From Thermoproteota archaeon (GTDB lineage Archaea > Korarchaeota > Korarchaeia > Korarchaeales > Korarchaeaceae), in assembly GCA_037917625.1 (NCBI GenBank), contig JAVCBY010000104.1, forward strand, positions 1-27,118: 27,118 bases of DNA. The letters run 5' to 3'. Shown in pieces: positions 27,117-27,118 of the stretch. How positions within the stretch are numbered: position 1 is the stretch's first letter; each line of letters opens with the position of its first letter. The position numbers and the translations under genes are program-made. Under the pieces are notes generated by a model. The model was not told the origin of the DNA. It worked only from the letters and a program-made list of their open reading frames with translations, and searched no databases.

Positions 27117-27118
27117 CT

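Overview
Archaeal chromosomal window, probably from a thermophile. GGTG-type ribosome-binding sites, TTTAAA-type TATA boxes, AGG/ATA codon use and gene content resemble Korarchaeota/TACK archaea (inference only). The left half (1-11.2 kb) is mixed housekeeping: a partial XPD/Rad3 helicase, archaeal shikimate genes (aroK, aroE, type II DHQ synthase), a catalytic-domain-only MetE, a RACo/ASKHA corrinoid activator, a PLD-fold protein lacking its catalytic His, a coiled-coil PD-(D/E)xK-like protein, YbjN-like, YjjX, degenerate MobB-like, arcadin-1-like and CBS proteins. The right half (11.5-27.1 kb) is a nickel/hydrogenase cluster: nikR, a nikMNQO ECF transporter with a clear palindromic operator, hypF-hypD, hypA-(Mrp-type hypB)-hypC-hypE-fdhE-like, and a group 1 membrane-anchored [NiFe]-hydrogenase operon (small subunit partial, large subunit, Isp1/DsrM-like cytochrome b, Isp2/DsrK-like CCG protein, degenerate protease-like ORF, maturation protease). 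Points worth checking: core-MetE next to RACo, a probable ATC start codon, a maturation protease with no in-frame canonical start, several enzymes lacking catalytic residues, and a 50-bp inverted copy of the large-subunit gene at the window end that is probably an assembly chimera. No tRNA, rRNA, CRISPR array or transposase was recognised.
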